Both the position numbers and the translations under genes were made by a program. A stretch of 63,206 nucleotides of DNA, counting the filler, from Ministeria vibrans ATCC 50519 (Eukaryota; Protista; Filasterea): assembly GCA_943704425.1 (NCBI GenBank). It is 4 parts of 4 records of this genome, joined end to end, with 100 filler letters (N's around TTAATTAATTAA, not from the genome) between each part and the next. Parts side by side here need not be neighbours in the genome. Positions count along the whole stretch, not along the records: positions 27,513 to 55,735 come from CALSCP010001513.1; positions 55,836 to 63,206 come from CALSCP010000386.1; 2 more parts are not named here. One strand, given 5' to 3'. Below the pieces are notes generated by a model. That model was not told the DNA's origin, did not search any database, and saw only the letters and a program-made list of their open reading frames with translations. This document shows positions 51,813-63,206 of this stretch, in pieces (the stretch's first letter is position 1; every line of letters starts with the position of its first letter).

Positions 51813-54800
51813 ATGAATGACGATAATGAGGTCATTCATTCTACTCAATGCAAATAGTTGACATAGTATTATTTTTCGACGAACAACAAGTAAGAAAAGA
51901 TACAACGCATGTATGACAAGAACCTCCATCCAAGTTCATCTCCACTTTCTTTTACGCTGTAGCCAACCGCTCTTTCCAAGATCCTCCATCACAGCAACAA
52001 CACCAACACGTGTTTTCAAAGTTGCGTGAGGCGGTGGGTCGGGGAGGAAGTTAGTTGAATTTTCAACGAATTCATTCACGATCACACTACCCTCAAATTT
52101 TCACTTTCACACACTTTTCTCCAACAAAAACGGCACATTTTCTCTCTTTTATTGTCGAGAAACGTTCTTATTACTGGTACGACTGAGTAGCGACTCAACA
52201 CGAACAGCGCCGCTCGACACTCCTTGCAAAAGGTTCGTCTCGTGTTGTTCCGTATCCCTTCTCTAGTCATCGCTCTAAAGTTCAACAGCAAAGACTCGCA
52301 CGCTGCATTGCGCCGTATCGTTGCCCACGTGGATGCCTCTAAGTTCTCACGGACAAAGACAGACTGTTTAGTTTGCGCCGGTTGCACAGTGGAACACCCT
52401 CAAACATTTAACACAGCGAAGTTCCAGCGAAGTCTTTCAATGTGCGCCCATAGGCACTTCCCCACGCCACTCGCTCCCCTCGTGATTCCCCTCCGCACCG
52501 TCCATTGTCCATTGACAGTTTTGACACACCATGCGCCCCTCCACACACGTCTTTCTTCTTCTGCTTTCGCTCTCTTTCTCTCACAATCATGAGCTGTTTT
52601 ATTCATTTTTTTGAGGGTTAATAAGAAAAATGGCCGTTCCATTTCGTCCTTTATTGCTGTTAACTGTGATTTCTCAAGTGTGCAGCTGTGTGATTCTCAC
52701 GGGGTCTTTTTGACGCAAGATATTGAGACGGCTAAGAAATTGAGGGTGGGGACTGTTTTTTTTGCTGCTTTGCTGCGGAACAATAAACAATTTATTCTGG
52801 AGCTCTTCCCCAGTTTGACACTCCACTAAACTGTAAAGCTTGTATAGCGACGGCTGGTGCGTGTTGTGTGTGGGATGTCGAGTTTTGTTATTTTTATTAT
52901 TCTCGCTTATAATTTTTTTTCCGTCTTCGTTTTTTTTTAAAATACACTAAAAATCTCGTCCGCTTGCTCCGTAGACGTCCACAAAAGATATGATGCAACA
53001 ACAAGTACTGTTTGTGATTGGAACGGACGTGTTGGGGCCGTTCCACTTGGCGGCTGCCTTGGAAGGCACAGCGAGACGAATGGCGTCTGTCTTTCAGTTC
53101 TTGGACTATCATGTGACCGTACTTGCGGAACATCCCATTGGTGCAAGTGTCAATCAGGCGACGCTAGCGCCGACTCATGTCAACATCCAAAACACTGTTC
53201 GCTCACTGTCTTCTTCCACTTCTCTCGTTGTGTACTTTCTTGGGCACGGCGCGTGGGACAGCAACGGCAATGCTGGCCTGGAAACAGCAGACGCTCACCC
53301 GGATCGCCCAAACAAGGCCACCAAGAGCAAGCCCACAACTTATTCCAATCTGTACACGCAATGTGACCTCCTGAGAGACCTTGGCGATCGCTTTCAGCAT
53401 GTTTTCCAAATCAGCGACCTCTGCTACTTTTCGGTGCCACTCGACAAGACAATCTTCTCACTCGACCCCAGCTCCTGCGGCAACTTTATTGCGCTTAACA
53501 ACGACACTAACACAGCGCGGTACCTTCGCAGCCAAGGCGGCTCCTTCCACGTGCTTACCACATTCGCACTCTCCCCCGACACATACCTGCTTGATGGCGA
53601 CGGCAACACGCTTCTCTCACACGCTCTGCACAACCTCCTTGCCGAGAACCTCACCGGCAATTTACCACCGACTCCGCCAGCCTTCCTTGTTGACAGCGTT
53701 TCCGTCGAGTGCATTTCCATCCAACGATTGGCACAGCTAATCCACGATGAAATTCATCGGCTTTGTGCTGGCCGTATTGGTGTGCAATTTGGGCGGGCGC
53801 CATGGCCTGGAAAGGAGAACACGGGCGAATTTGTTTTTTTCAATCCACTGGGCGCCATTGCTGACTGGCTGGCGTCTGGTCATGACGGGAGCAGCAGTAG
53901 GAATAGTGTCGAGACGTCGCGCTCTCCCGTCATGCTGATTATTTTGGCAGCGAATGAGGACCCGCACCGGGTAGAACGGATTGCCGAGACGCTTGGACTG
54001 GGTAGTGTGTGCCGGCACGTTGTACTCGGCCAAGAGGGTGAGGTGCTATCGCTGTACGAAGGCGACAATGCTCTTGTCGTTTTAGCTGAGCTGGGATGCG
54101 TCGACAACGAAACGTGGGCTGAGCGCGTTGCGCGGTGTGTCTCATCGCACGTCACTACTTACGCGGTTGTGCTTGCCCCCATGGCCGAAGCGAGCTTCCC
54201 TCGGATGATGCGAGATGTCTACATTGCCAGCGGTTACCAGTCTTCGAATGGCATGTCTCTCTGCTCGCCCTTTCAAGAGGAGCAGCTGGCGGCACTGTCG
54301 AAATTCATTGCGGAGATGAAGCTGTCGAGATTAAAAATTGGAGTGGTCCAAGAGGCTCAGGGCATCGGAAAGGCTCTCGCGTGCCCGCACCTCCTGGCCT
54401 CCCTGTTGCCTCTGTGGAATACATCGTCGACTGTTGTTGCGTCTCTCTACACCATCCCCATTGGCATGGCGATTTGTGTCGGGGGTGACCAGTTGATCGA
54501 GGAGGACGCCTTCTTACCAGCGGCACTTGTCATCGTCAGGGCGCTTCTGGCCAACCCGGCATTGCGTACACTTGCGCCACCGCTGCTCGTAGAAGTGTCG
54601 CTGGTGCTCGATGCACCGTTGGTAGACCTCAATGTGATTCTCCAAGCAGCAGTCGATGCTTCGTGTCGTGTTCGCTATGCGTTGGGTCCCACGTTGCGCT
54701 GCATCACCTATGAGAACGAAAGGGCGGTGGTCAAACTCTCCTGTGACGCAGTGGGCGTGTGGGCTCTCAACGCACACCTCTCTTGCTCTAACCGGACCTT

Positions 54801-55577
54801 TGCCGGACTGTCTGTCATAGAGTTGCGCATTATCAAGTGTTCGCCGCTTGATATTATACGAAAACCACCAAAACTCGTCGACTCACAAACCATGTAAAAA
54901 ACGAAAATAATTATTATGATAATAATTAATGATGATGAGTGATGGATGATGCGTGATTTTATTCTAACTCTATGATTTTTTTTTTTTTTTACTTTTGCAG
55001 TGGCGGTCATGATCATTCACCGGCTGGATTTCACGAGGAGATTATTCGCATTGTGTCGACGACAGAAGCGGTTGATGTGTGGACACACGTACAAAAAACA
55101 AACAAACAAACTGTGTGATCATGTTGTGCGCTGATCAACGTTGCGTTGTTGTTGTTGTTGTTGTACATTTTTATGTAGGAGGGACCCATACCAATTGGGG
55201 AGCCCATTGGATCGGAACTACTTGATGTACATATTCTGCTTGTTCATCCGCGTGGCGATGAGACGTGTGAGATGGTGCGAGACCGACTTGTATCGCAGAT
55301 AAACGAGCTCAAGACGCACTGGAAGGAGCCGCCGTCGGAAGGAGCCAAGATGCTCAAGAAACATATCAATCGGACGCGCGAGATGCATGGCTACACGAGC
55401 GATGGGAAGCCAGCGTCGGGCCAGAGTGTGAACGGTGAACTGCGACTCAAGTTGGACTGCAGTGGTGGTGGCACGGCACGCACTGTTGTCGGGCCTGACA
55501 ACCAGAAGCTCATTTATCCGCCGCCGAGAGGTCATTTGGCAGTGCGAATGCGATCGGACGGAGTCGTAAGAAGATGA
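51813..55577 (+). CDS. Gene B: domain Y, caspase-family (peptidase C14) protease, TIR-like domain, possible TRADD-N-like domain, domain X
   Basis: Exons ~52191-52232, 52281-52365, 52417-52441, 52679-52745, 52975-54893, 55001-55088, 55179-55577 splice in frame. Catalytic motifs VVYFLGHG and SDLCY; terminal QFGR...GEFVF. The start codon (51813) is a guess. Confidence 0.75.
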
Positions 55578-55635
55578 AAATATTTAACAATACTAATAAT
55601 TTAGTAATAATAATAGAAAAATTAATTAAAATAAT

Positions 55636-55735
<100 letters not shown>

Positions 55736-55835
55736 NNNNNNNNNNNNNNNNNNNNNNNNNNNNNNNNNNNNNNNNNNNNTTAATTAATTAANNNNNNNNN
55801 NNNNNNNNNNNNNNNNNNNNNNNNNNNNNNNNNNN
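55736..55835. other. Artificial contig linker
   Basis: N44-TTAATTAATTAA-N44. Confidence 0.97.
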
Positions 55836-56714
55836 AATGAAAAAAAAAACACCACTCTCAGTCTGTACAAAAATTTGGAGTGTTTTTTGAAGAGCTCATG
55901 ATGGACTATGACTAAGACGACAACAAGTCACCTTAACAAGAAAACAATTGATAATGATTAATGAATAATGATTAAATTCGAAGAAAAGTTAATGAACTAA
56001 CACAAACAGCTCGGCACCAGCTCAGAACGACTGAGTCAGTTGACAGTTTGTAAGCTGTATTCTAATATTTTTTCAATTTTCACGGATTACTATTTAGAAA
56101 TGTCGAGAGGAAGTGGAGACAGATATGATCATTTAAGGGGGTTAAAAATCAGTTCATATTCAGAGATTAAACCCGAACACAGTCATTCCCTCGTCAGCCA
56201 AGCAGGCCTTTTCGACGTACGGCGACACCCAGCGGCGCGTGCCCATTGAGGTGTACGACTGCACGAGGGCGAGTGCGCCATGGGACATCGAGCAACAACC
56301 GTCTCGGCCACTTTGCGTCTTATTCTCACATTATCCTTCGTCCAATCATCGCTTCTGACTCAACTTATCCATTTTTCTCTTATAATATAAGCTGCTGCAG
56401 ACGTGCGCGGAGCAGGAAGAGAAACAGCGCCAAGTTTCTTGTGTAATATTCAACTTCTTTCAACACACTCATTGCGTTATTCCGTTATTTCCGTTCGGGC
56501 CATGTTATATATTTTGGCAGAGGTGTTAGGTCATAGTTGCCTGGTGCAATTACATTGCGATACAGCGAGATATGAGTTTTTTATGGGTGATATCCCAACC
56601 CTAATAACCTCTCTGGAATGATTATCTCTCCATTATCTCACTCCCTTTCATTACACACACACACACAGACACACTTTTTTTTCTGCCACCACTACCGCGT
56701 AGCCGACAGGCGTC

Positions 56715-59700
56715 ATGCTCTTGCTTGCCGTGCTTGCAGCGGCCGCCTGGACTGCAGCCAGTGCCCCTCCGCCCTCTCCGCAGCGCCATGCGTCCAATTT
56801 GGTCTTGAACAGCTTCGTGGAGACCTCAGCCACGCTGACGGTTCCTCGCCACCACCGCCGTGGTTCGCCCGGTCACCTCTATGATCTTTCCATTGATGCT
56901 TTTGGACAGTATCATAACTTCTTCCCATTGATCTATCATTTTTTTACCATCCTCCGTTTCCGTTAGATCGCTCGAGCTTCTCCTTGAGGCGGACGCCAGC
57001 ATCCCCGCCGACCTGCGGCTTCGTATACACGAGGCTACAGGGGACCGTGACGAGCTCGTCGACACTGCTCGGTTCCTTGTCGGACGAGTCAAAGGTACTT
57101 TGTTTTAATACTAATAGTCTCATCATCATTTTACTCTTCACACCATATAGGTCATCCCGGTTCGTATGCCCACGGAAGTGTCACTAGCGACGGCGACTTT
57201 GATGGCGTTATTCATCTTGCAGACGCCCTGACGGGTGTCGACGATCCGATATTTGTCGAGCCTCGATGGCGCTATGCAAGCGACCTCCGGCTGCCAACTA
57301 CGCTTGGGGGAGACGCACCCTCTTCCATTGTCTTTCGTCTCAGCGATGTCAACACGACCGCTATGGACTTCGCCATGATTGACGATGTGTTAGGGCCACC
57401 CGTGGTGCCACAGCAACACGGGGGAGCGCAGCGACGCGCCGCAGCCGCCGATGAGCACGTTGTGTCGCGTTCACGCCGCGCCTTCCCCGACGAGAAGGTC
57501 TGCGGCCTGGCTCTGGTCGCTGACTGGACCTACATTTTGCGCTTTGGCAGCATTCAGGAGGCCTTTGTTGAGATGGTCTACATTGTCAGCGAGGCAAACA
57601 CTATTTACCAAACGACCGACTTTGACGGGGTGACAGGTGTGAGTCTGCACATTGTGGGACCCGTCGATTTCTTCCCCGACTCAGACACGTCACCCTGGGC
57701 AAGTGCAAGTACCATTGATGACTATCTTCCCATCTTCAATACGTTTGCCGAGACCAGTGGCTACGACGATGTCTGTCTGGGCCATCTCTTTGTGCACGTC
57801 AGCATGAACTCATCGACGGTCAGGGAACGCATATTGGCGCCTGTAAAAAATCTGATATTTGTATTAATATAGATTGGACTCGCCTACCGATCGACACCGG
57901 GATTTGCAGGGGGCATCTGCGACCAAGGTTCGGGTAGTGTCAACTTCAACACGGGCTGGAGCACATCCCGCTATCAGTCGGGCGGAATCATCCCTCGCGT
58001 TGTCACCCTCGCTGTTTTTGCGCACGAGGTGGGCCACAACTTTGGAGCGCGCCATGACAACACAGGTGATTATCTAAACTCGCCCGAATGCAACCCAGCC
58101 GATGTTGATGGCGGTAGGTTTCTCATGGCGGCGTCGGTGAACGACGGCACCCTTGCGAATCATGCGAAGTTTTCCAATTGCTCACGCGCCGATATGGCAT
58201 TCATGATCAACGAGCGTGCGGGTGTGTCGGCATTCAACCCCTGCTTCGCGGCGCCCGTCGAAATCGACGAGTGCGCTTCTAATCCCTGCTTGAACGGGGG
58301 TGCCTGTACCGCCTTTAACTCGGGCTACTACTGTGTGTGCGTCGCTGGGTTTGCCGGCACTGACTGCTCCCTGGCCGCCACATGCGACTCCAGCCCTTGC
58401 CTCAACGCGGGTTCGTGCATTGAGTTTGGGAATAGTGTGGGATATGAGTGTTACTGCCCCGAAGGCACAGTGGGCGACTTGTGCGAGACAGTCATCAACG
58501 AGTGCGACTCGAGCCCGTGCCAGAACGGCGCCACTTGCATGGACGGCATCTTCTCGCTCACATGCACTTGTGCTCTTGGATTTTTTGGGACTCTGTGCGA
58601 CATTGATCTTGACGAGTGCGCCGGCTCTTTTGGCGTCTTGCTTGACGGCGTTCCGGTGACGACGTACGGAGACTTGTTGCAGCTCTCGGGCTCCGCAGGC
58701 ACCGTCGCCATCTCGGGCACGACAGCCACCGTCACGGCGACGTCGTCGAGTTCATTTACGTATGGGACAGCCGTGTTTACACAGCTGGCCAGTGTGTCGG
58801 GTACATGGCAGTGGGAGGTGACTATTGACAACATTGGTGCTGTCGCGGGGCAATTTGACCTGCTGATATGCATTGCCGACTCGTCGATTCTCACCACCGC
58901 AAGCGCCACCACATACATCGTTGGAAGCGTGGTACCGGGCCACTGCATCACAAACGCGGGACATGTTTATCACCGCTCGTCGAACCAAGCTGTGGTGTAT
59001 GCGGGTGCGCTGACGACTGGCGACCGGATTGGAGTGTCGCTCAATTTGGATAGTAGTACGCTGGAGTTCTTGATCAACGACGTTGGACAAGGTACGGTGG
59101 CGGCAGAGTCACCGACGTCCGATGGCTATGTGCTGGCCATCTCGATGGGTCTTCTGGATCAGCAGGTGACCATCACCTCCCTCAACTACTGCCTTAACGG
59201 TGCGACCTGCGTCGACGCTGCCAACTCTGTGACGTGCCTCTGTGCCACCGGCTACACCGGCGACCGCTGCGACCAAGACATTGACGAGTGCGCTACGGGA
59301 ACACCCTGTCAGAATGGCGGCGTGTGCACCAACTCTCCGGCCGGCTCGTTTACCTGCGCGTGCATTGCGCCATTTGAAGGCAGTCTCTGCGCCGATGCCA
59401 ATGTCGGCATGTCGCGTTGTCGCGCCGCGTTGTTCTGCTCGAGCGGCGCCCTCACAACCACGACGGAGGACCACCACAACGGCGACGCACCCGTTGTTGT
59501 GGGCGGCGCTTCCTCGGCACGCGCCACCATCACCACCATTGGCACCGACGTTTCGGTGGTGGACCTCGACGTGTTTGGCATCAACCCATCGTCTTCGTTT
59601 AGTGACGTCTCCATGCAACTCAGCGTGGACGGCACAGCGGTGATGGTCATCCACGAGAAGCGCACCGCGACCTTGTCCTCCTGTCAGTTTCAGACCCCCG

Positions 59701-59774
59701 CCGGCTTCGACTTGGCTTCCGGCGATGTGCTCGGCACTTGTCTTGTCATTAGGCTCACTCAAGTCATTACGTAA
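56715..59774 (+). CDS. Secreted ADAM10/17-like M12B metalloprotease with Ca-binding EGF repeats and an inserted SPRY-like domain
   Basis: Signal peptide; prodomain GSYAHGSV..FDGVI..FVEP; furin site RSRR; DVCLGHLF; AHEVGHNFGARHD; Met-turn GGRFLM; KFSNCS; EGF repeats such as EIDECASNPCLNGGAC; SPRY-like GTWQWEVTID..GDRIGVSLNLDSSTLEFLIND. Confidence 0.85.
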
Positions 59775-59869
59775 CAACCGCAATGATAGTAAAAATACCA
59801 CGATGGATAAGTAAACAAACTTCAACTGAACATTTGTTTCTTAATAATAATTATTTTTATTGTTTAATT

Positions 59870-62800
59870 TCACTTCTTGTTACGACTCTGGCGACGAATG
59901 CACTTGGGACACTCGTCGGCTTTAAAACAGCGAATGTGAAACACACTGTTGCACACTCCACAGACAGTTGTGTGTGTAATGTCAAACGGAAAGATCTGCG
60001 TGCCAAAAACAAATTAGAATCAAAAATCTACTTCTTACTTTTCGCACTTACGACTTCCTTTGCACGACAGACTTCACAAAAGAAGCCTTTTTCGCGACAA
60101 ACACTGCACTTGATGACATGCATGACACAGTCGTTGGCAACGGCACGCAGCAGGCGCGACAGCACGCCCGACGGCAGCTCCTCCAGGTCCTGCAGCGAGT
60201 ACATGTCTTCGCTCTCCATAAGGTACTCGCGCGGCCACAGTGCTCGCCGCATCTTCACCTTGGCACTTTCGCTGCGGCATGTAAAGATAAACTGTCGCAG
60301 ACGACACACTTGAATGCGAAGTTTGCGGGCCGAGCTGAGTTCATCGACAAGGCCATAGAGTTTAGGATTGATGCTGCCAATGCAAAAGAGGGGCTGAGTG
60401 CGAATGGCGTTGAGGAAGGCAACGTTGGCGCGGCAGACGGGGTAGCGCCGAAAGTCCCAGTTGTGCAAAATGCGCGAGGGAATAAGTTGCAGCTCGTTGC
60501 GGTGGCACTCGCTGCAGTAGTACATTCCGTTGTAGTCACACACGCGTCCCTTTGTGTGCAACAATACATTTTGTTAAAAAAACAAAGCGATACAACAACA
60601 ACTCAGAGGTGTTAGCAGTACCTCTCCAAAGACGACACCAATCATCTTCTCACACCCGGCGCATTTGTAGTCCTGCAAGTCCATTCCCTAACACACACAT
60701 AACCACTTAGCGACTCTCTCTCTCTCTCTCTGCATCACTATGCTCTCTGTCTCTCTCTCTATGTTGCCCTTTAGTGTGTATACCTTCTCGGGGCAAATTT
60801 CATAGACGTGCTTGAGTAAGGCAAGGGTGCGCTGGTCGTCGTAGGCGACGGAGACGAGGTCGGTGGCAAGCTCGTCGTCCTCATCGACAAACGTGAAGTC
60901 GTCGTCTGAGACGTTGCCCGACGTTGCACTTGTGACACTATCCTTGTGAATGACACTGCCAACCGCCGAGACTGCCGCTCGTGCCAGATCTTTGCTGGAG
61001 TTGACGGCAGCCTGAGACGCCGCAATGATGGTCGAGGCCATCATGCTCAGCTGCGATGGTGCACTATCACTCTTGGGGTTGAGTGTGGCCGGAGAGGGAG
61101 GTGCCGATGTCACAGGAACAGCCGCAGTGGCAGTGGCGCTGGCCTGGCCTTCGCTCTCATCATCTTCTTCCCCATCCGTCTCGATCTCTTCACTGGTCAC
61201 TGCTGCTTTTTCAGGTTCCGTTGCTGTTGCTGTGGTTGTTGGAGCGACAGGAACACTCTCCATTGCAAGATCTTCATCGTCATCATCAGCAACGGAGGGA
61301 GCAAGAGTAGTAGTAGTGGCGGGAAGAGATGCGCTCACAGTAGGTTGCACGGCAGTGGCCGATGCCACAGCACCACTGGTCTCTTCCGTCTTCTCAATGC
61401 CAAGATAGGACGAAAACAGTGCGCCGTAAGATGGTTCACGAAACGCCGATTCCACTTTGGCTACATCCGCATCCGCACCACTACTACCCTTGCCTCCAGC
61501 ATCATCTTCTCGCCCTTGGCACGTCTGTTTCTCCGTTCCATCCTCTTCCTTCTCCTTCTCCTTCCCCCCCTCCTTCTCTTCCTTCTTCACCCTCTTTTGC
61601 TCGTCCCCTTCCTTGAACAACATACTCCCCTCTGAATCAGCGTCGTTGCTGTGAGAGGGTGTCGCATCGTCCGACGCGATCGTATCGGTGACCAAAGTGG
61701 AAGACAGTGCACTTGTGCTGCTGCCCGATCGGTGATGATGATGATGGTGGTGGTGATTGCCACCGCCAGGACCTGTCTTTTTGTTGCGACGCTTACCATG
61801 ATGCACTACATCGACCGTGCTGGTATTTGGGACAGGACATACAGGCTCGTGTGGACCTGCCTTGTACACCGGCTCGGAGGAGGAGTCACCTGATGCTGTT
61901 GTTGTTGTCGTCGTCGCTGGTGGGTCGCGAACGTTGTGTGGCTCGGACGTGTCGCTGGCGGCACTGTCGTCGCGGTAGAAGGCAAGCTGAGCCGAGCCCG
62001 CCTTGACCGGCAGCTGTTCACTGTCGTCGCTGTCAAACCCGTGCGAGCCAAACGACTCCATGGAGACGACAGACTGATCCTTTTCGAGAATGAGCAGGCC
62101 GGCACGGGCCATGGCAGCTCTCTCTTCGGGCAATGGCTCACCCGGCGGCATGCTGGGTGGACGAACCATTTTGGGAGAGGTAAGATGCGAAACAGGTGCG
62201 GGGGCAATGGCCGATGCAGTGGATGTGGAGAGAACGGGGTGCGATGCAACTGCGTTGGTGGTGACGGTAGATGGAGAAGACGCGGCCGAGCGCTGTTGCT
62301 GTTGCTTCTGTTGAGGTGGTGGTGGCGGTGCGTGACGATGGTGTTGCTGGTGCGAGGTGTGAGCTTGGGGCTGAGGCGACAGCAAGTTTAGTGTGGCTGG
62401 GGGCGCGGGCCATTGGTTGGGGTCGCGCGGGACAAGAGGTAGAGCAAACTCCATGGAGGAGAGACCGCTGAGGACGCCTTCGAGTTTGGCCGAGCGTTCC
62501 TCGTCAATCATAAAGGCACCCGGGTTGTAAGCGCTACGCATGACGCTCTTGTGCTCAAGCATAATCTTGATGTAATTATCGAGTTGTCGTTCGTTGAGCA
62601 TGAGGCGCACCCAGACACGGCAGCGCGCCACGTCCGAGTCGACGCCCGGCAAGCCGTTGATTTGTGCAATGGTAAACTTTTGCGAGAAGAAACGCACCAG
62701 CTCCCAGAAGGTGGTGACGGGCACATGATGACTCGAGGCGGACATGGTGAGCGCGTCGTCGCCACGGCGGCCCACCACAGCGGCAAACATTCCCTTAATC

Positions 62801-63140
62801 TTCGTGTTGGCGTCCGTGTGAATGTCATGCAACAAGATGAGCTCAATAGCGCCGCACAGCGTTTGCGCTTCACTCGAGTTGGCCGGCACTTTGTTTCCCA
62901 CATACTTGGTCAGCAGCTGCAAGAGACGCGGGACACACAGAGTCAGCCAGGCGCACGTTACAAGTCAGAAGAGGTGGACGAACAATTTTTCACATTTTCC
63001 CGTTCTGTTTCGCTTCCACTCACCTCTCGCTGACAGTCAATGGCCCGGTTCAGCAGCTGTTCTTTGTGCCGCTCCTCCCGCGAGTCGACCGTCGTCGGTT
63101 TCTTACGACCAACAAGTTCTACAATGGACTTTAGCGAAAA
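59870..63140 (-). CDS. PLEKHM1-like RUN domain plus Rubicon-homology zinc domain protein, 5' end probably outside the window
   Basis: RUN: LCGAIELILLH..FWELV..SDVARCRVWVRLMLNE; RH: QDYKCAGC..CDYNGMYYCSECH..IPSRILHNWDF..CSVCREKGFFCEVC|IFPF..CNSVFHIRC..CPKC. Confidence 0.88.
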
Positions 63141-63206
63141 ATCTCTCTTGGGATTTTTTGAAGGGTCGACAAAGAGTCAAAAAAAAAAAAAAAAAAAACG
63201 CCGTAC

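Noticed and set aside
48138-55577. Genes A and B as a single gene with terminal repeats
   Set aside because: A has a clean terminal exon with a stop at 51676 followed by an AT-rich region with AATAAA, so two genes are preferred. Alternative splicing is not excluded without RNA data.
55836-56700. Possible ncRNA or transposon in the long intergenic region
   Set aside because: No convincing TIR, tRNA cloverleaf or snRNA motif seen by eye.
58260-59400. Notch or Delta ortholog
   Set aside because: No LNR, DSL, TM or ankyrin region in this gene; the EGF repeats follow a metalloprotease domain.

Overview
Eukaryotic, intron-rich, gene-dense DNA. It is four unrelated contigs joined by artificial 100-bp N44-TTAATTAATTAA-N44 linkers (1-11728, 11829-27412, 27513-55735, 55836-63206), so synteny across linkers is meaningless. 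Gene content (integrin alpha, PRPSAP, SUR-type ABCC, ADAM10-like protease, TTAGGG telomere) and short GT-AG introns with microsatellites suggest a unicellular holozoan; this is inferred, not proven. Housekeeping genes: PMS2, PRPSAP, AFG1L, puuE-type allantoinase, SLC35E3, SDHAF3, GH3 xylosidase, S1/P1 nuclease, VPS28, NDUFAF8 (absent from the ORF track), SLC10A7, ESF1, PLEKHM1-like. The top finding is a tandem gene pair at 48138-55577 that shares two unrecognised domains in mirror order. Gene A is X-[Q/P, Ser, acidic low complexity]-Y. Gene B is Y-[caspase-family C14 protease]-[TIR-like]-[possible TRADD-N-like]-X. This looks like an undescribed homotypic-adaptor protease signalling or immune module. 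Also notable: an IRG/p47-like GTPase with an adjacent decayed paralog, a full-length sulfonylurea-receptor-like ABCC, an ADAM10-EGF-SPRY fusion, a LINE that repeatedly hit one site inside a MITE, and a LINE fragment embedded in telomeric repeats. All identifications are by eye from motifs and splice-phase reasoning; no searches were run.
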